DNA from: an uncultured Chloroflexota bacterium
GTDB lineage: Bacteria > Chloroflexota > Dehalococcoidia > Lucifugimonadales > GCA-002694895
DNA: 64,000 nucleotides
Assembly: GCA_913045935.1 (NCBI GenBank)
Contig: CAJWSY010000001.1
Coordinates: 29,660 to 93,659 of the forward strand
Reading direction: 5' to 3'
Position 1 is the first letter of the stretch. Each line of letters opens with the position of its first letter. The translations under genes and the position numbers were made by a program. Below, in pieces: positions 60,392-64,000 of the stretch. The notes under the pieces were generated by a model. It saw only the letters and a program-made list of their open reading frames with translations. It searched no databases and was not told the DNA's origin.

Positions 60392-61303
60392 ATGAAAATA
60401 GGATGGATAGGAGTTGGAAATATGGGAAAACCTATGGCTAAGAATCTTCAAAAATTCGCATCTGAATTCACTGTAAATGACTTAAACCAAGAATCAGCAA
60501 TTGATATTTTAGAAGACGGAGGTTCTTGGGCAGATTCTCCTAAAAAATGTGCACAGGGAAAAGATCTTGTATTTATGTGTTTACCTATGCCTGAAGATGT
60601 GGAAAAAGTAGCACTTGGCGAAAATGGAATTCTGAGTGGTGTTAATAAAAATACAATTGTAATTGACTCATCAACTAATTCTTTGGCTATGGTAAAAAAA
60701 TTAAATAGTGAATTCAATAAACATGATATATCTTTCATGGATTGTCCTGTAAGCGGGGGAGTTACTGGAGCTATTGATAGAGATTTGTGTGTTATGGTCG
60801 GAGGAGAGGAAGATCTGTATAATCAACACAGTTCAGCATTTGAAGCTATAGGGGATAAAGTGATTTATTGTGGCCCAACAGGAAGTGGTACAATTTGTAA
60901 ATTATCTCATAATCTTTTTAGTGCAATGCTAATGAATATCACTTCAGAAGTACTGTCATCTGGGGTTAAAGCAGGAATGGATTTGGGTACACTTCTTACT
61001 GCGATCTCTAAATGTGCGTCGGGGAAAAACCCGCCATTGGAAAATTGGATAAATTCAACTCAAAACGATTTTGCAGCAGATGAATATTCTTTTTTCCTTG
61101 AATTGGGAGCAAAGGATGTTAAATTAGCTTGTGAAATGGGAAGAGAAAATAATGTTCCTATGGATATGGCAAATATTGCTGAACAAAATATGATTGAAGC
61201 AATGAATAAAGGTTGGGGGAAAAAAAATGCTGGAATAATAAGAAAATTAATAGCAAATAAAGCTGGGATTGATTTCGACTATTGTCCAGGAGGTTTTGCT
61301 TAA
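60392..61303 (+). CDS. Beta-hydroxyacid dehydrogenase (3-hydroxyisobutyrate/tartronate semialdehyde reductase family)
   Basis: GWIGVGNMG, DCPVSGG, catalytic Lys in ICKLSHN. Confidence 0.88.
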   Translation: MKIGWIGVGNMGKPMAKNLQKFASEFTVNDLNQESAIDILEDGGSWADSPKKCAQGKDLVFMCLPMPEDVEKVALGENGILSGVNKNTIVIDSSTNSLAMVKKLNSEFNKHDISFMDCPVSGGVTGAIDRDLCVMVGGEEDLYNQHSSAFEAIGDKVIYCGPTGSGTICKLSHNLFSAMLMNITSEVLSSGVKAGMDLGTLLTAISKCASGKNPPLENWINSTQNDFAADEYSFFLELGAKDVKLACEMGRENNVPMDMANIAEQNMIEAMNKGWGKKNAGIIRKLIANKAGIDFDYCPGGFA

Positions 61304-62295
61304 ACTATCTTTATTAATAATTTACCAAAATTTTTACCTTTCATCATTCCTATAAATGTACTAGGAGCGTTTTCTATTCCTGATACTATATCCTCTTTAT
61401 ATTTAATTTTACCCTCAATTAACCATTGTGATAATTTAGTCAAACCCTCATGATATCTTGATTTGAATTGAAAAACTAAAAATCCTGTCATTGATGCTTG
61501 GTTTATTAATAAACTACTTCCTATTCGAGGTCCGTTTTCATTTTCTTCTAAATTATAGAGAGAAATTTGTCCACAGACAGCAATTCTTGCACCAACTGAC
61601 AAATTAGAAATCACATTATCAGAAATTTCTCCACCAACATTGTCAAAGTAAATATCTACTCCATAAGGGGCATACTCAGAAATTTTACTCAAAATATTAT
61701 CAGACTTATAATTTATAACAAAATCAAAGCCGAGCTCATCTAAACAATAATCAGTTTTAATATCTGAACCTGCTATTCCAATAACTTTACATCCCATCAA
61801 TTTTGCGATTTGCCCAACAATTGCTCCAACAGCACCAGATGATGCTGAAACTACAACTGTCTCTCCAGGTTTTGGAGAACACACATCTAAAAATCCAAAA
61901 TATGCGGTTAGCCCAGGCATTCCTAAAATTCCTAAAGAAGTTGAAATAGGTGCTAATTCTGAGTCGATTTTCCTTGCGCTGATTGCATCAATTTTTCCAT
62001 ATTTTTGCCACCCTATATGTGCAGTTGCGTAATCTCCTTCATTAAATAATTTACTTTTGCTTTTAATTACTTTACCCACTACTTCTCCTGTAATAACACC
62101 TCCAAGTTTTATTGAAGGTGCATAAGATTTGGAATCATTCATCCTTCCTCTCATGTAAGGATCAAGAGATAAATAGTGAGCTTCTATTAAAATTTCTCCT
62201 TCATCAAGTTCAGGTAATGGGCTTTCAATCCATTTAAAATCACTTTCTTTTGGATAACCTATTGGCCTTCTATTCAATACCCATGCATTATTCAT
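61300..62295 (-). CDS. NADP-dependent alkenal reductase (CurA/PTGR family, MDR)
   Basis: YLSLDPYMRGRM, GMPGLTAYFG, YFDNVGG, NFGK. Confidence 0.9.
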   Translation of the reverse strand: MNNAWVLNRRPIGYPKESDFKWIESPLPELDEGEILIEAHYLSLDPYMRGRMNDSKSYAPSIKLGGVITGEVVGKVIKSKSKLFNEGDYATAHIGWQKYGKIDAISARKIDSELAPISTSLGILGMPGLTAYFGFLDVCSPKPGETVVVSASSGAVGAIVGQIAKLMGCKVIGIAGSDIKTDYCLDELGFDFVINYKSDNILSKISEYAPYGVDIYFDNVGGEISDNVISNLSVGARIAVCGQISLYNLEENENGPRIGSSLLINQASMTGFLVFQFKSRYHEGLTKLSQWLIEGKIKYKEDIVSGIENAPSTFIGMMKGKNFGKLLIKIV

Positions 62296-63245
62296 ATTAA
62301 TCCCTTTTGAGAAATAATCTCATCAACCATTCGCGGGTCAACTAAACTTCCTGTAATTACAAAGCAAATTTTTGATAAATCAGGAAATTTGTCACGATAC
62401 TCGAAAAACCCTGCCAATGTTATGGCTGCAGAAGGTTCTACTAGCATATTTTCATGATCTATAAATGATTTCATTGATCTCATAAGTAATTTCTCTTCAA
62501 CTAGCAATACATCATCAATAAATTCTTTGACTCGATTTACAGAATCCAATACAGGTATCCTAACCGATAATCCATCAGCAATAGTATCAGCTGTTTGATT
62601 TTCATAATCCTTATTATTTAAAGCTAAAAACATGGACGGAGATTCAGAAGGTACTAATCCTATGATTTTTGTACATTTATTTTTATCTTTAATCGCTTTG
62701 CCAATTCCTGAAATTAAGGATCCATTTCCGATAGGAACAAAAACGTAATCAAATTCAGAATCAACTATTTCAGTACCTATTGTTTCTGCGCCTATATGCA
62801 TTCCTGGCAATTTACCATCTTCTAAAAATAATAAATCTGTATCTTCAGCATACTTTTTTGCATTTAACTTGGCATCATCAAAATCTTTTCCGATTTTTAC
62901 TACTTCTGATCCAGATAATTTTATACGTTCTACTTTAGATATATTTGCATCTTCGGGTACGAAAATAACAGAATCAATTTTATTTCTTTTACATGCCTCA
63001 GCTATTGCTAATCCATAATTACCTGCAGAAGCTGCGACAATTTTTTTCACATTTCTATCAGACTTAACTATGTCTCCTATTACACTAAGAGCTCCTCTGA
63101 TTTTAAAAGATTTAACCGGCGTGCAATCTTCTCTTTTTAACCAAATATCAGCATTTAACAAATCACTTAATACATTAGCTTTGAACAACGGAGTTGGAGT
63201 CCATGGCTCATTATCTATCATTGAATACATGTCATTTTCATTCAA
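62292..63245 (-). CDS. PLP-dependent threonine/serine dehydratase family protein without ACT domain
   Basis: SFKIRGA, ASAGNYG, PIGNGSL, TIADGL, VEPSAA. Confidence 0.87.
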   Translation of the reverse strand: MNENDMYSMIDNEPWTPTPLFKANVLSDLLNADIWLKREDCTPVKSFKIRGALSVIGDIVKSDRNVKKIVAASAGNYGLAIAEACKRNKIDSVIFVPEDANISKVERIKLSGSEVVKIGKDFDDAKLNAKKYAEDTDLLFLEDGKLPGMHIGAETIGTEIVDSEFDYVFVPIGNGSLISGIGKAIKDKNKCTKIIGLVPSESPSMFLALNNKDYENQTADTIADGLSVRIPVLDSVNRVKEFIDDVLLVEEKLLMRSMKSFIDHENMLVEPSAAITLAGFFEYRDKFPDLSKICFVITGSLVDPRMVDEIISQKGLI

Positions 63246-63999
63246 TTGCTTCTCCTACTTTAAATTGTATGTTTTTATAACTATCTTCAAACTCTCTAAT
63301 CAGTATATATTTATTCACTGGTACATTCTTGAAATTTTGAGGTTTATCAGAGCTAGGCCAAATAATTTCTAAATCAACAATATTGTCACAAGTATTTAAT
63401 CCTATAGTTTGGATAAATGAAGATGAACCAAAACTTCCTCCATTATCAACTATTGAATTATAAATTATTTCATTTCCACAATTTAGTGTGATTTTTGTAC
63501 CTACAATTGTTTTTTTATTACTTCTCTTTAATATGATTCCAATCCAATTATTACTATTACCAGGATTCTCATATAACAAATTAGTAAACCCATCAGACAA
63601 ATAAAATCCTCCCATTTGCTCAAATATATCTAAATCACCATCAAGATCAAAATCTGCAAATCCTATACCATGTCCTTTTTGTAAATGTCCCAAACCATAA
63701 GAATGTGTTTCATCTATAAAATTCAATCCTTTATTATTTATATAAAATGCATTTGGGATAATTGAATCTATATATGGGTACCCCGTACCAAAATAAATAT
63801 CTTCATATCCATCGTTATTTAAATCACCATAATTACCACCCATAACAGAGTGCACTTTATTCAAATTTAATTTTTTTGAATTTTCTTCAAATCTTCCTTT
63901 TCCGTCATTAGTAAATATTTTTATTGAATAATCTTCATCAATATCATCTTGATAACTTTTAATAGATTTTACTATCCCATACTCATATCCGGAAGATAA
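63238..63999 (-). CDS. CRTAC1-like FG-GAP/ASPIC-UnbV protein, C-terminal part (truncated by window edge)
   Basis: GDLNNDGYEDIY, ADFDLDGDLDIF, GGSFGS, EIIWPS; reading frame is open to the window end. Confidence 0.85.
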   Translation of the reverse strand, partial: LSSGYEYGIVKSIKSYQDDIDEDYSIKIFTNDGKGRFEENSKKLNLNKVHSVMGGNYGDLNNDGYEDIYFGTGYPYIDSIIPNAFYINNKGLNFIDETHSYGLGHLQKGHGIGFADFDLDGDLDIFEQMGGFYLSDGFTNLLYENPGNSNNWIGIILKRSNKKTIVGTKITLNCGNEIIYNSIVDNGGSFGSSSFIQTIGLNTCDNIVDLEIIWPSSDKPQNFKNVPVNKYILIREFEDSYKNIQFKVGEAIE

Positions 64000-64000
64000 A

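Noticed and set aside
51375-64000. Integrative element at tRNA-Lys
   Set aside because: No integrase and no duplicate of the tRNA 3' end seen by eye in the window.
1-64000. CRISPR array, prophage, IS elements, rRNA or defence systems
   Set aside because: No spaced repeats, cas, phage, transposase or rRNA-like sequence seen; nearly all sequence is accounted for by the listed genes.

Overview
Very AT-rich (roughly 25-30% GC by eye), densely coded bacterial chromosome segment with tiny or overlapping intergenic spaces, i.e. a streamlined genome. The gene mix suggests a marine Chloroflexota (Dehalococcoidia/SAR202-like) organism; this is inference, not a database result. Housekeeping genes: rpmH-rnpA-yidD-(beta-propeller lipoprotein)-yidC-jag, serS, lepA, rph, a pyrR-pyrB-pyrC-carA-carB operon with a PyrR-binding leader, rsmA-ispE, tRNA-Lys(CTT), and DNA repair genes (mutS, sbcC, ogg, dinG). 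Many small-molecule catabolic enzymes are interspersed. Most notable: (i) a stand-alone NuoE/NuoF/Fdh-like module lacking the Mo ligand, with an extra Cys-rich insert, followed by a ferredoxin-NADP reductase; (ii) a split DUF1445+DUF4392 D-glutamate-cyclase-like pair, and a cassette after the tRNA (serine hydrolase, TauE, alr, solA) pointing to D-amino-acid use; (iii) an atypical SAM-I-clan riboswitch with terminator ahead of metZ and a metX-metW fusion; (iv) a BamB-like lipoprotein inside the yidC operon, and a YidC basic tail encoded within jag; (v) two unannotated small membrane peptides. No integrase, transposase, CRISPR array or rRNA was seen.
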